Positions 23,549 to 37,500 of a stretch of 64,000 nucleotides of DNA are shown one piece after another. Both the position numbers and the translations under genes were made by a program. The DNA comes from Callorhinchus milii (taxonomy: Eukaryota), in contig NW_024704742.1 in the NCBI RefSeq assembly GCF_018977255.1, positions 82,586,001 through 82,650,000 of the forward strand. Reading direction: 5' to 3'. The stretch's first letter is position 1. Each line of letters opens with the position of its first letter. The notes beneath the pieces were generated by a model. That model searched no databases, had not been told where the DNA came from, and saw only the letters and a list, made by a program, of their open reading frames with translations.

Positions 23549-26289
23549 TTACTATATGAGATGCTTTTGCTCAAGCCATCTTTGAGCAAAGAAACACAAT
23601 CTGGTCTGTGAAGTGATGGGAGTTCAGTGTGGTGTGGTGGTCAGGGCAGCTGCAATGCCTTTAACCAAATAAAATAACTTTGGTGTCACATTAGCTCAAG
23701 CTCTGGCAATTCCTTTACTGTAGGAACAGAAAACCAGATGTGTCTCAACAAGCGGACGGAGGCATTGTCAATGCATAATGTTTGTTGCAACAAGAGGTGT
23801 TTGGCTGAAGATATATGGTGAAACAACATCTGTGTGATTAAATTTAGCCTTGTGTTTATTTTCCTTTTTTGTGCACACAATGTTCCTTAGTTACATTCCT
23901 GAGTCGTGGCTTGCTGAAGTCATTCTTCTGTACATTTAACTGTTATAATTTAACTGATTAACTGCTGTACATTCAACGGTTTTGCCCATGTCTTCGAGAA
24001 GTCTCAAAGCGCTTCACAGAATATACTGTAAAGTGTAAGACTGTATATTTTGTGGGCGAAACGCGGCAGCCAATTGCCCACAGTGTCCCGCAAACAGTCT
24101 TGGATTGAAATGACCAATGCAATCCTCGATACACAATAATAATGTAAAATATTAACTTGTATTTATATAGCCCCTTTCACACTATATAAATACAAATAAA
24201 CATTCCAAGGTACTTTGCAAAATGTAGTTGATTAGAAATGAAGTGAATGTTATTGCATAAGCAAACAAGCAGCTAATCTGCTCCAGCAATAATAATGAAT
24301 TCTGTGACCAATTCATTTAAAATTTGGAGTTAATTTAAGTAAATTGGAGAATATGAGCTAGGGAAAATGAGAGAAAGACTTCACTTATCTTTGAAATAGC
24401 AACAGCAGGTTGTCCCTTCACATCCACTTGAATCACAAGGCAGGTGGAACTTAAACATAAATAAAACACGGACATCTGTTATTTACAGATAATAATAATA
24501 ATCCTTGCATTTGATGTAGCACTTTATCATGCCTTCTAGACATCTCAAAGCTCTTAATAGAATATAATGTAAAGTGAATTGACTGTGTTTTGTTGGCGAA
24601 ACAGTGTTTTGTGGATATAAACAGTGAGGAATTTTCATAGTTTAAAATATTTTATATTTGATTTGTACTACCTACAGACAGGGACGGAATTTTCCCTTGC
24701 CAGGTTGGCTTACGTCAGTTGTCTGGGGGTTAATGATATATGGAATTTGGCCATTGTATTTCTCCTGTCGGCACTTGGGCGAGTATTGAAGGGTTGAGGC
24801 CTCTCCAGGTAGCATTTGGATGTTTGGTTTCAGGCCCTTAATGTTGCTGTGAGGTCTATAGATATCAATTGTGTTGTAGCCATTGACATCTCTTCAGCAG
24901 CATAAAAAGCTGCTCAAACTGAAAATGTGTGCAATCAAAAGCATGCAATAGAACAAAGCACTTTGTCATTTACTCTGATGATCATTGATGCAAGTAGAAT
25001 TTCTCCATTAGTCTGCCGGTTTCAGGCTCATACTCTGTCTGGGTCGAAAGTCACCATCCACGATAGTTAAGCAGCACTGATCATTGTCCACAAGTAACAA
25101 TTTTTTTTAAAGAAATTGTTTTCATTCCAATTTTATTAGCAACACCTGCACAACCTACCCAATTTGATTTCTAACTGGAGGGGTGTCAGCTATTTAATGG
25201 TCATTTTTAATGTTGCAATCTATTTATGGTGACAGACTTTGACCTTGTTAGATTAAACCCTCAATTAAATCCTGTGGCTTTAACTAAAACATTAGGAAGA
25301 CTCAAAAAAGTTGCAAGTCACTCTCCCATTGGACTTCTTCATGATGGCAGTATGCTACTAAATTAAATTAAGCACAAAATTATTATTCTTAAAAATACTA
25401 ACAATAATTTCAAAATTATTAGCTACAAAAATCTACAGCCTCATCAAAAATAAAATGGGGGTTACTTCAAGAATAAAAATACTAACCCTGTGTTGAAGGC
25501 CTTCCAAAGGATGTCTGCAGAAACTTTGCTAATTTTTTTCATGCAACCTCAGTTCAGATCATCCTCGAGATAAGTAGTTCTGAGGAGTTTATTTTAATGG
25601 TAAACTCTTGGTTGTATCGATAGACCATAAATTGCAGCAGTCCAGGATCAGAGTAATTATTCAGCGATGTGATTGATCAAGCTCCATTTTCCATCGTTCT
25701 CTGTATTGTCAACTGGCAGGTAATCAGGTCTGACAATCACAATTGAGTTGGGGCATGTTCGTGCAACTTTGCAAAAATAATTGAATTGCACCCATTGAGT
25801 GGTCCATTACTGCATTGGCAATGCCTTTTTATTGGTAATTGACTTTCATTTATGCATGAAATAAATTCTGATTTTAGAGTTGCATTGTGGAAACATTTCC
25901 GTGCTCTCTTTATATTTCAATGGGGAAAAAAAGATTTGTTTCAATGTTCTTTCCCTTTCAATCCATACCATTTCATTTGTGTTCTTTGCTTCTGCCCGAA
26001 TAGTAATTTATTGATGTCAATCAAATATTATTAGAGCACTGTAGATGTTCTGCATTTGTTCATTTTCTCACTGGGGATGTACAGAAAATACAAGGATTGA
26101 AGAATGAGAGAGCTTGAGGGAGAAATGGACTTCTCCTCTCAAGCTGTTTGAATTCTATGATATATTATTTAATGTTAAACCTCAAGGCAAACCTTGTTAA
26201 GCATTGAATTGGTTGCTGTGACATTAAGGGGATGCTCAAGCCCAGCTGTGGTGCAGAGCAAAGCAATGAGAGTGAACTCCCATTTTAAA

Positions 26290-27395
26290 GGGATGGGCTA
26301 TGAGAAACGATTGGATAAGCTGGGTCCTCTTCAGCCATGAAAAGAAATGTCTCAGAGGGAACCTTACAGTGGTATATAAAATTTTAAATGGGATTGTAAA
26401 AGTAAAACTAAAAGAATGCTTTCGGATGCGCCAAGGCAGTAGAACAAGATGTCTATGTTTTTCGCACACAAAAAAATATACAGTCAATCCACTTTACAGT
26501 ATATTCTGTAAAGTGCTTTGAGATGTCTTAAAGATGTGATAAAGCACTATATCAAGTGCAAGGTTTATCATTATTATTGTCTCACAGAATTTGAATTGTA
26601 AAGGGCAATTATAGGACACACTTCAGGAAATGTTATGTTGTTATGTCGGCTGGGAATTTGGACTCATTGAACAAGCAGTTTGTTGGGATGTGATGGGAGG
26701 ATGGGAGATGAGTATTCTGGAAGGAGGAGATCAGATGGGCCAAAGGGCCTTCTTTATCTGAATCTTACAGAACTTTTAGATGTATTGAATATGCTAAACG
26801 GGATTGAGAAAGTGAATCCATCACAATACTGTCAGACGTGCCAAGGCAGCAGCACAGAGGAATACACAGGAAGTATTTCTTTACCCTTTTCTTTTCGTGG
26901 AGTCCTGTAGCTCAGTGGTTAGAGCACTCGCTTTGCAAGTGAGAGACCTGAGTTCAATTCCAGGCAGGGAGAAACCTTGGGCAAGTTTCCTTACTCCACA
27001 CGCCTAATAATAATCCCTCCAAAAAACCAAAAACAATAATTAAATTGGTCATTTTCAATCTACGACTGTTTGTGGGACATTGCTGTGCGCAATTGGCTGC
27101 CGCGTTCGCCCACAAATATACAGTCAATTCACTTTACAGTGTGTTCTGTGAAGCGCTTTGGGACGTCCTCCTGACGTGAAAAGCGCTATATCAAATGCAA
27201 GGATTATTATTATTATTATTATTATTACCCAGAGGATAGTTAAAAACTGGAATGGGTTCTTAGAAAGAGAGGTTGAATGTTGAATGCTGGATTCATTTAA
27301 GGATCAGCTTGACGCATAATAGGCAGATGGAAGGATGGATAGTCTCTAAGGTTGAAATCAAAATGGCCTTCTTCATCCGAATCGCTCTTGTAATC
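26290..27395 (+). mobile_element. Two CR1 3' fragments, each interrupted by a SINE
   Basis: LRGNLTVVYKILNG (26300 ORF) and a second ...tgctaaacgggattgagaaagtgaa copy; SINE inserts at ~26461-26578 and 26897-27226. Confidence 0.7.
26897..27226 (+). mobile_element. Young full-length family A tRNA-derived SINE (short subfamily)
   Basis: gtggagtcctgtagctcagtggttagagcactcgctttgcaagtgagagacctgagttcaattccaggca head. Near-identical to 30845 and 33884, with an L2-like stem-loop, a long (TTA)n tail and a possible TSD ttaccc. Confidence 0.93.
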
Positions 27396-27989
27396 TAATA
27401 AATAAAACCTTATCAGATTATCAAAGTTCCAGTTCCTGCTGACTAATCATTGATGTATCTGTCAGACCAGGACAGGCCCTGGTGGCAGCAGGGTTCAGAA
27501 ACCTTGTGGAGCAACAGAACCAGACTTTCCCTCACTCTTCAGGCACACCCAGACTTTTTTAATTTAGTCAGGTTCACGTGGACCACTGGACAAGGTGTTG
27601 TGAAAGAATAGGGGTTTATTTAGCAAAGGAGCAAGTAAAACAAACCTATAAATTTCCTCTATTTGCAGCATACAATAAATAAGGCTTCTTACAATCCAGC
27701 AGCTCAAATAATATGTCACCCAACCGCCAACAAATGGGAACCATCCTACATTCATTCTTCAGGCAGGCATGTCACTCTTTAGAACCAAACATTGCTTTCT
27801 TTGAGAAAATTTGTATGTGTGATATTGCAGCAATGCTGTTTAAGGGAGGGCTGCTGTCATATTGCTGCTGAGTGTGCTGGACTGAGAGGTAAGTGTTACT
27901 CTACTTGCTTATGTAAGTTCTGGGCCCGATTAGAAAATATGAGAGACACAGAATTGAGGAGTATTTTGGTAGGCCTGAATGGTTTCTAT

Positions 27990-28190
27990 ACCAGGAAGTT
28001 TTTCCTTTCGCAGAGGGAAATCAATGACTGGAACAGGTTACCAGGAAAGGTGGCAGAAAGGTAGGTCAGGACACTGGACTCATTTAAAAATCAATTTGAC
28101 GCTGTGTTGTGCGGATGGTAACTGAGTGTTCTGGAGGGACGGAATCAGATGGGCCGAAAGGTCTTCTTCACTTAATCTTGTGATCTTGTG
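27990..28190 (+). mobile_element. CR1 3' end fragment
   Basis: RKFFLSQREINDWNRLP; ends atcttgtgatcttgtga. Confidence 0.75.
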
Positions 28191-28344
28191 AGAATGTTGG
28201 CAGAGCCAATATGTAAACTCTCTGTGATTCTATTATACAGATCTTAAATACTCTTTATAATCTTTATTTCAATAAATTTTATTTAAGAAAATCTCTATTC
28301 AAAGCCCACACTCATTTCATGAAAAAGAATTATCAAGATTCAAA

Positions 28345-29090
28345 TATATATTGGGCCAATTAGCTCTGCTGGTACTCTCCTGATCCTTGTATACATTAAT
28401 GACCTGTGTCTGACCCAGGACAAGACCATTACATTTATAATTGCCACTAAAATGGTGGGAACTGGAATCAGAGGAACCAGCAAAGATCTTAACTAATAGA
28501 GCTTGATAGGGTATGCCTTAGGGCTAATAACTGGTTAATAGAGTTCAAGAGGGATTCATGCAAGTATTGCATTTAGAAAGAAAAAATAAGAGGCACATGC
28601 ACTTCATGATTGGGACAGAACTTACCAAGGGGGAAGCTGAAAGACAACTAAAAGTTCTCTGAATCATCGCTCACCATGTCAAAACAATGTGAGACCTCAA
28701 TAAGTGACACAAACAGAAGGCTGGGCTTTATTATCAAATCACTTATGTTCAGATCCCCTGATGTGAAGCTCAAGTTGCACAGTGTTCTGATCAGAACACA
28801 CTTAGGGTACTGTGTACTGTTCTGGTCACTGCAACACAAGCAGATTGTACATGAACACTGTTACATATGGGTGCTGATTAAACCAGCTTGGGGTCATCAA
28901 CCTTGAAAATAGATGCTTCAGAGAGGACCTCCTTAGGTGTGCAAGATTTTAAATGTAATTAAGAAAGTAAACCCAGTACATGCTTTCAGATATGCAAAAG
29001 CAGCAGAACAAGTGAGCAAAGGTTCAAGATTACAATGGGCAATTTTAGGACCCCAGGAAGTATTTCTTTACCTAGAGAGCAATTAATTGA
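28345..29090 (+). mobile_element. Old CR1 RT fragment
   Basis: Degenerate ...YINDL and NRRLGFI...LIRTHLGYCVLFWS (CR1 RPHLEYCVQFWS-like). Confidence 0.8.
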
Positions 29091-29117
29091 AATCAATTGG
29101 AAACATTTGAACACTGC

Positions 29118-29736
29118 AAGCCGGCAAAAACCTCATACGCACATTCATAACATCCAGGCTTGACTATGCAAACTCTCTGCTTGTCGGCCTCCCCAACTCC
29201 TCCCTCCATAGGCTACAGATCATCCAGAACTCTGTGGCCTGTGTCCTCTCCCGCACCAGGCTCCGTGATCCTATCAACCCCATCCTCAGCCGACTCTACT
29301 GGCTTCCCATCACGCAGAGGATACAGTTCCAGATCCTGGACCACACCTTCAAATCCCTACATGGCCTCGCTACCACCTACCTCTGTGACCTCCTAACCCC
29401 CTACCATCCTGCCCGCTTCCTCCGCTCAGCAGAATCCGGCCTGCTTCACATCCCCCACCTCCCCTGTCCCACCTTTGGTGGGCGGGCCTTCATCCACTCT
29501 GGAACTCCATCCCTCAGTCCCTCTGCCTCGCCCCCTCCCTTGCCTCCTTCAAGACTCATCAAAAGACCCTCCTCTTCGACCGTGCCTTTGATCAACCTCC
29601 TTCCCCCTTTGCTCTCCACCCTCCCTGATCTCAACCCCAGCTCGCGTCCAAAACACTGACTATCCAGCACCTTAGGATGTCCTCCCAATGTGAAAGGTGC
29701 TATACAAATGTAATTTTGTGGTTGTTGTTGTTGTTG
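29118..29736 (+). mobile_element. L2 3' fragment
   Basis: [32 protein letters not shown]...GGRAF; stem-loop and (TTG)n tail. Confidence 0.92.
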
Positions 29737-29779
29737 AAATTAATTACCAAAAAGTGGTGGTTGAGGCCTTGTCCGCAAA

Positions 29780-30174
29780 TCCAGATTGCATTGGCTCCCA
29801 GTACTCTGTGGTTCAAATTTAAAAACATGATTTTGACCATCGCGTCTCGTCACCTCCAGCTCTATTCCATCTTCTCCAGTTCTATTCTCGCACCCGTGCT
29901 TTCCATTCATCGAATTCTGATTTGCTGCGTGTTCCCCATTTGCTCGTCCCAGCATCGGTAGCCAAACCTTCAGCTCTATCTTCTGGAACTCTCTCCCCAA
30001 ATGCCTTTGCTTTGCTCTTTTACCGCCTTCTTAAAAAAAATCTTTCTTTTCGATCATCATTTCTGAATTCTCTTTTCTCTCATTGTTCTCTGTCATATCT
30101 GCAAACTTCGCCATTGTTAAGGCCTCCTGTGCTACCTTGTGTAAAGGACGCAATATAACTACAAGTTGTTGTTA
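29780..30174 (+). mobile_element. Very old L2 3' fragment
   Basis: Remnants ttcaaatttaaaa.catgattttgacc...ccttcagctct..ctggaactctctccc; tail aaaggacgcaatataact..agttgttgtt. Confidence 0.6.
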
Positions 30175-30844
30175 CAAAGATCTACCAGATGTTCATCTCA
30201 CATGAAAGGAACTGAGTAAGTATAAGTTGTGATTGCTGGTAGTGTGGGTGTTGCTGTTCATCTCTTTAAAGGGGAATGCTGAGCAATGGACCACAGCAAT
30301 TAGCATCTACATGGTTAGTCAGCAAGAGCCAGGCAATAATCTCACGCTTTACTTACATTCTTGTGTCACTGTGAACCCTTTCAGTCAAGTAGCTCTTCGA
30401 CAGGCCTAGAATTTGAACTAAATCGTAGTACCAGGAGCAGCAGATCTTGTCATCTTATAATTAAACTGGAGTATCAGTCTGGTTGATTGTATCTGGTTTG
30501 CTTTGTCAGGTTATTGGAATGTGTAATGGAATGAAGTCCAGTGTCCTTGTTAGAGTCTGTAAAGTCAATGGCGGAGTGTACAACATTAAGTCAATTCCAA
30601 TTGACATGTGTGGTTTCTTTGCTTGCAGTAATGCAGTGGGTCTACGTATAAATGGTATTGCAGGCAGGCAAAGAGTCTTTAACAAGTTGCAGAAGCAAAC
30701 TATGCATTGATATAACGAGGAGTGTGCTGCTGCTCATCATACCTCTGATTTCATGTGTGCCTCTCATTCATAAACTTCATTTCAAATGAACAAACTAACA
30801 TTTCATCTCAAAATCACATCGCGCCCACTGGAGAAGGAGTTTGC

Positions 30845-31180
30845 GTGGAGTCCTGTAGCGCAGTGGTTAGAGCACTCGCTTTGCAAGCGAGAGACCTGAG
30901 TTCAATTCCAGGCAGGGCGAAACCTTGGGCAAGTTTCCTTACTCCACACACCTAATAATAATAATCCCTCCAAAACCAAAACCAATAATAAATTGGTCAT
31001 TTTCAATCTACGACTGTTTGTGGGACATTGCTGTGCACAATTGGCTGCCGTGTTCACCCACAAATATACAGTCAATTCACTTTACAGTGTGTTCTGTGAA
31101 GCGCTTTTGGACGTCCTCCCGACGTGAAAAGATCTATATCAAATGCAAGGATTATTCTTATTATTATTTTTATTATTTTG
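30845..31180 (+). mobile_element. Young full-length family A SINE
   Basis: Near-identical to 26897-27226. Confidence 0.93.
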
Positions 31181-32366
31181 CTGTTCCGTGCCCAGTGTGG
31201 TGGACTATTTACAGAGCGTGCCTATTTCTGACTATTCCTGGCATTCTGTCCTGATCTTTTCTATAGGATCCCATTCACCCTTCCCCCCTCACCACCACCC
31301 GCCCCCCCACCACTTCTCCTTTTTTTCCTGTGGTTAGGAGAATATCTTATATCTGGGACTGATATTTGTGCTTAAGTGGTGAGTCTCCATTATCACAGTG
31401 GTACTAAAGTGAAGGAGTTACTGAGCAGCACTGTGAGAAGATGCTATAGGAATAGACATCCAGTCAATATGATTGCAAAGTCAAACAATTCTGGAATTGT
31501 CATAGGTTAACAACACTTTCCATCTGACTTCCTGACTTTGAAAGCTCAGTAATTCCTCCAAGGTAATGAAGCCCCATGATGGGGTCTAACATGTACGTTT
31601 TATTAATGTTGGCGAACTGTAGGTTCTCGCTTCTTATAGAAAGCATCCAAGCAGTAACACAGTGTTTGAACAGTGTAATGGATAACATCTTCAAATCTCT
31701 TGTTCATCTTCTCTGGTACACCATTATGTTTGTCTAGTGTTTAAGATGTTCTCTAAAAGTCAACCATAAAATTAAATAAACCGGCATTGCTATCGTGGTT
31801 TATCAATCACCCAGATGCACGTTACGTATAGAACATGGTCTAGAGTGAGTAACATGGATGTGGGACATCTCAGCATTGAGATACTCTCATAAATAGCAAG
31901 GGCTATGATCAAACTATTTATAAATGTCACATCAAACCTTGAGGCATGTCCCGACCTTGTAAGACAAAGTAGTTTGTGTTCTTTCTTCTCTGTAACATAA
32001 AGTTGAGGGAAGCTCAGCAATTTGCACCGCAGAGATAAGGTTGCCAGAAGTGTAAAGTGTATCAGACTCATGTCCTGTCTACCCTCATGATTTGACCAAC
32101 AGTGATATTGAGATTTGTTTCACTCTGTGTTATAGGGGAATAACATACCTTGCAGCACAAGCCATCTGTTATCCATTATGTTCCTGTCAGCTCCATTAGT
32201 GTACAGAGGTTAGTTAAAAGCTTGTGGAGTAAAAGAAAATGGACATATGGAGGGGAGGGTTAAACCTTTTACAGGTTAGCATGTTCTGATGGCCAAAGAT
32301 GTCTATGAATTGTTAGCTGACTGATTATTAGTTGGCACTGTGCTCCACTCTTCACCCATGATGATT

Positions 32367-32740
32367 GTGGTGTCCTGTACCATTGTGGTTAGAGAACTCG
32401 CCTTACAAACAAGAAAACCTGGGTTTGATTCCCAGGTGGGGCGAAACCTGAGGCAAGCTTCCTTACTGCACACGCTTCTGTTTGTCAAGGAGTAAGTAAG
32501 AATCCGATTGTTAGTCAATTGGCGGATTGCTTTTCCGGGTATAATAATCCCTTTAAAAAAATATGGTCACTCAATCCTTGACTGTTTGTGGGCCACTGCT
32601 GTACGCAATTGGCTGTTGTGTGTCGCCCACATAATATACAATCAATTCACTTTATAGTATATTCTGTGAATCACTTTGAGACATCTCGAACATGCGATAA
32701 GGCGCTATATCAAATGCAAGAATTTTTACTATTTTATTTT
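32367..32740 (+). mobile_element. Family A SINE, older long subfamily
   Basis: gtggtgtcctgtacc..tgtggttagagaactcgccttacaa head, body and tail. Confidence 0.85.
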
Positions 32741-33104
32741 CTGATCATCAGTTGATGTTGTCATTTCAATTTGAAACCAGTTTTATTTTATATTTCTCAC
32801 AAGGAGCTTCAAATGATCTGAACATCAAGATAAAAAATTGCCAACTTCATTATATCAAATGCATTATATCATTAAAAACATTTTTTATATAGCCGAGAAT
32901 TTATATTTGTTAAACTTCAAAAGAACATGGTCCCTCTTCGGGTGCCAATGGTAAGGTTTTAATAAATTCATGATCCTGTGGTGAAGTATTAATTGACATA
33001 AATTTCCTTTTAAGTAGTAAAATTTAATAAAAGATTAGCAAGATTATGCATATCAAAGTTATACATTTAATCAAATCAAATTAATGCTTACGACAGTTTT
33101 GTAA

Positions 33105-33260
33105 ATCCTTGCATTTGATAGCACCTTCAAGAAGTCTCAAAACGCTTCACAGAATATACTGTAAAGTGAATTAACTATATATTTTGTGGGGGTAACGCGG
33201 TAGCCAATAGCGCACAGCAGTGTCCCACAAACAGTTGTGGATTGAAGGACCAAATTAGAA
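33105..33260 (-). mobile_element. SINE 3' half
   Basis: aatccttgcatttgata...cagtgtcccacaaacag. Confidence 0.75.
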
Positions 33261-33883
33261 TTTTTTTTAAAAGTTCACCACAATGAGTTGATCAGATGAA
33301 TAGAGTGGTTTTGATGCAGGATTGATTTGTTAATGTGTGTCGATTCATGTTGATTGTAGTGTATCCCTCATTCCTCAAGGTTGGTTGCCGTTAGTTGCTC
33401 CATTCCCAAAACACAGCTCTTCTGATTCTCTTGCTGAATCAGTCTCTTTTTATCCACTTGGTAGATGACCCTTCACACTCCTTCTTGTGCAACTCAAAGT
33501 CTGTTTTTAGGATGTCTGGGCATTATCTCTTCCAAGGCCTGTTATTAGACCTTTGGCCCAGTAATCCATTCAATTTAACATTTCTGTTTTTTTACAGCAG
33601 CAGTTCCCAAAAGAGGTTCATAAGTTCATATAGTATAAATACATTAATGACAAAATACCTTATACTAGGGAGCCTTTCCATAAATTTATTACTCGCTCAC
33701 TGAAGTAATGTTTCCTCAGTTTTCTTCTGAATTTACCCCACTTCAATCGCAGGTCTTGTCTTATTAGTCGAGACTGAAAAGACTTAATTGAAAAGGCTCA
33801 GATCAGCAGAGTTGTGATCTGCTCAGAACAACGTGTGCCTTTTCATTGACAAATGATGTGTTTGATAATTTATTTGCATTATG

Positions 33884-34165
33884 TTTCAATTCCAGGCAAT
33901 TTCAATTCCAGGCAGGGCGAAACCTTGGGCAAGTTTACTTACTCCACACGCCAAATAATAATCCCTCAAAAAAACAAAAACAATAATAAAATTGGTCATT
34001 TTCAATCTACGACTGTTTGTGGGACATTGCTGTGCGCAATTGGCTGCTGCGTTCGCCCACAAATATACAGTCAATTCACTTTACAGTGTATTCTGTGAAG
34101 CGCTTTGGGACGTCCTCCTGACGTGAAAAGCGCTATATCAAATTCAAGGATTATTATTATTATTA
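33884..34165 (+). mobile_element. Young family A SINE, 5'-truncated
   Basis: Starts in the B-box region with a tandem tttcaattccaggca x2; otherwise near-identical to 26897. Confidence 0.92.
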
Positions 34166-35847
34166 TGTTAAGCCAGTGGAAGTAGATATTGCTCAGTGAT
34201 CGTTCATTTATTATTTCTATAAAAGCAAACCTCTGTTTTTTTAATTACAGAAATTCTCCACAAGAAATTCTTTTAAAAAACAATAAGATAATCATAATGG
34301 TAAATTGGAAAAGCAAGGTTCTGGTGAAAGAAAAATGGAGGGCTTCACTCTTAATAACAAGATGGAGTCCCAGGGATTCCTAAAATTGAACAGTTATAGT
34401 GAGCCTTGCAAGCCAATTTCAGCAGCAATTAGATAAATTCCAAGTTGGAGTGAAATACAGAATTTGAGTGATGGCCTCCACTGGAGCTCTTCAAAGTGAA
34501 GAATTGACTTGTGGGAAGGGAAGAAGGGAATGGTTGAATATGACCACTGGTATGTGCCCAGGATCTTAATATGTCTTTATGTACGACTGTTTTGGACAAT
34601 GCTGTGCGTAATTGGCTACCGCGTTTCACCCACAAAATATACAGTCGACTTATTTTACAGTATGTTCTGTGAAGTGCTTTGAGATGTCTCGAAGATGGGC
34701 TAAGGCACTACCAAATGCACAGATTATTATTATCAATGAGCTGCTAGTTCTCACAAATTGATTTTTTGGGGGGATTATTCTCTCAGGATAACAGCTGCTG
34801 CCGTACATCTTGCTCCGTTAAATAACTCCAACTCTTTTGTCCCCCAAATTGTCTTATGCAAATTGCTAATAATAACCAAGAGGCAAAGGAATGTTTCTAA
34901 CAAAATGTTTCTGTTACTGGAGCTGAAACACCAATTAAGCATATTCAGAGAAGTAATGATGTGGACAATGATTGTATTTCATGAATGGCTGAAGTTGCTA
35001 AGCACACACTATTTTTAATATGTCTTGCCTCCCTCCTGAATAACCAAATGTACCGAGCAGAAGAGTCCAGACGGGGGACTGGGCAAGACACTGTCTCTCA
35101 AGTGGCCACTGTGTCTAATGTAGGACAGACATCTCAGAGCACTCAAGGTCAAGTATAGTGACTTTTGTAGACAAATGTGGCAGCCATTTGCGCACAGCCT
35201 TGTCCCACAACTCAGGACTCAGGAAGCAAACAACCTTTTCTTTTCAAAGACTGTCTTAGGATCTTTTACATTGACTTGAACAGATAGACAGGACCTTGAT
35301 TTAATGCAGTTCCAGAGAATTAGCCGTGATACATCCAGGGTCTGTATTTAGAAATCCTTTTGGAAATCCCATTACCATGTTCTTGTGCAAAGGTTTCTTG
35401 TAACATAGAATACATTTGGAATATTAACTTGAGCATTGAGGAAAAATGTCTAAAGCTAAAATCGAGATTGTTCTCCTGAGCTCAAGGGGGTATGTACAGG
35501 CTTCGGAGAGGAGACTTGCTGGTTCTCTGATGCAGTTCTGGTGGACATTAAATATCCTTTTTCTTGATCGAAAGCAAAAAGCAGGCACTTTGTGGATGTG
35601 TCAGATTCCAAATACTGCATCCACAATCCAGTGCAAGTGCAGACAAGAGCAGAATGTTAGAAGGTCGTCACCAATGAACAGATGTTTATTGTCAAACCAC
35701 CACTCTCTAGCACTCATAAACCTGGACTTTAGCCATGCTATATTGTTAAATACCATGAAGGAAGAATGCTGCAACATCGAGCAGCTGGGAAGTCAAATCT
35801 GCAAATAATGATTTAACTCCAGGTCAGAAAGTAATCTTTATAGTGGG

Positions 35848-36667
35848 TGATGGTGACATCATCTGCAGACATGAGGTCAACTTCCACATGTATGCAGATG
35901 GCCCCCAACTCTATCTTTTTGCCTTCAGCCTTGACTCCAGGACCACTGCTGTCCTGAAAGAATGTCGGTCAGACATCAAGTCTTGGATGAGAACTGACTT
36001 TCTCCTGTTGAACATCAACAAGACAGAGACCTTCACGATTGGCTCCCATCAGCGTCTCCACACCTTAGTTGCTAACAGCCTCACCATCCAAGGATGCACA
36101 TTCCACCTCACTGAGCCAGACCGAAACCTTGGTGCTTACTCACCCTCAATTATCCTAACTCTGGATCCCATGTCCTCTCCCGCACCAGGCTCTGTGACCC
36201 TATCAACCCCATCCTCGCTCGACCCCACTAGCTTCCCATCACACAAAGGATACAGTTCAAGATCCTAATTTTCAAAGCCCTCCATGGCCTTCCTCCCCCC
36301 TAACTCTGCGACCTCCTAACCCCCTACCAACCTGCCCGCTCCCTCTGCTCAGCAGGCTCCAGCCTGCTTCATGTCCCCCGCCTCACCCCTCGCACCAAAG
36401 GCAGGCAAGCCTTAAGCCACTCTGCCCCATCCTCTGGAACTCCATCCCACAGTCCCTTTGCCTCGTCCCCTCCCTTGCCTCCTTCAAGACCCATCTCAAG
36501 AACCTCCTCTTCGACCGTGCTTTCGATCACCCTCTTTCCCCCCTGCTCTCCACCCTCCCCGATCCCAACCCCCAGCTCGGGCCCAAAACACTGACTGTCC
36601 AGCACCTTGGGATGTCCTCCCAACATGAAAGGCGCTATACAAATGTAATTTTGTTGTTGTTGTTATT
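35848..36667 (+). mobile_element. Decayed L2 RT/3' fragment with an internal deletion
   Basis: [22 protein letters not shown]...RNLG, then a jump to the RTRL region; stem-loop and (TTG)n tail. Confidence 0.92.
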
Positions 36668-37264
36668 GAAGTGAGATTTTTGGACTACAATGGAGACCCA
36701 GTTATCCGCACAAATTGGTACCAGGCCCATTGAGAACAAACAAACAGTGTGGATAATTGGGCATTACACAAAATACAATATAATTTAAATTATTAAGCTC
36801 CTTTCACATCGGTTGGACATCCCAAAGTGCTGTCTCATATGCCGTGGATATCTGTTATTTTACTGAACCTGAGCTGTGGATGGGGGACGAGGTGAGGGGG
36901 GAAAGATGGCTGAAAGTATAATCACAGAGGAAGGTATTGAGGTGGATCTTTAAGGAAGTCAGGGAACAGGTGAGTCAAAGAGACTCCAAGATGGGCAGAT
37001 AATAATAATAACAATTATAATAATCCTTGCATTTGATATAGCGCTTTTCACGTCTTCTCGACGTCTCAAACCGCTTCACAGAATAGAGTGTAAAGTGAAT
37101 TGACTATATATTTGTGGGTGAAAGCTTGACTGCTGCTGGTGGGCAGGGCTGTGAAGCAGGCTGGTGTCCACTAAGCATTGGAAACAGCCAGGTTGGTAGC
37201 TATAGTGCTAACTATAAGAGTTATCAAGAGTTCCCCTGTCACTGTACTACCACACTATGCCAGC

Positions 37265-37500
37265 CTTCTATCTATCTGAATCTCGCGCTCTCTCTTTAAC
37301 TGTTTCTCTCTCTGAGTCTCTCACTCACTTGCTCTATCTTGCTCTCTCTTTGAGCATCTCTCTCAAAATCTCTTTTTCTGTGTTTTTCTCTCTTTCACTC
37401 TCTGAGTCTCACTCACTCGTTACCTCACATTGCCTCTATCTCACTGTGACTTTATCTTTGTTTCTATTTGTACCTTCCTTTGACTCTATCCCTATATTGT
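37265..37500. repeat. Degenerate (CT)n low-complexity tract
   Basis: Runs of tctctc, ctcactc and tatct. Confidence 0.85.

Noticed and set aside
26897..26970. tRNA-like sequences (also at 30845, 3062, 15379, 32367)
   Set aside because: They lack a proper acceptor stem and continue into a SINE body and tail; they are SINE heads, not tRNA genes.
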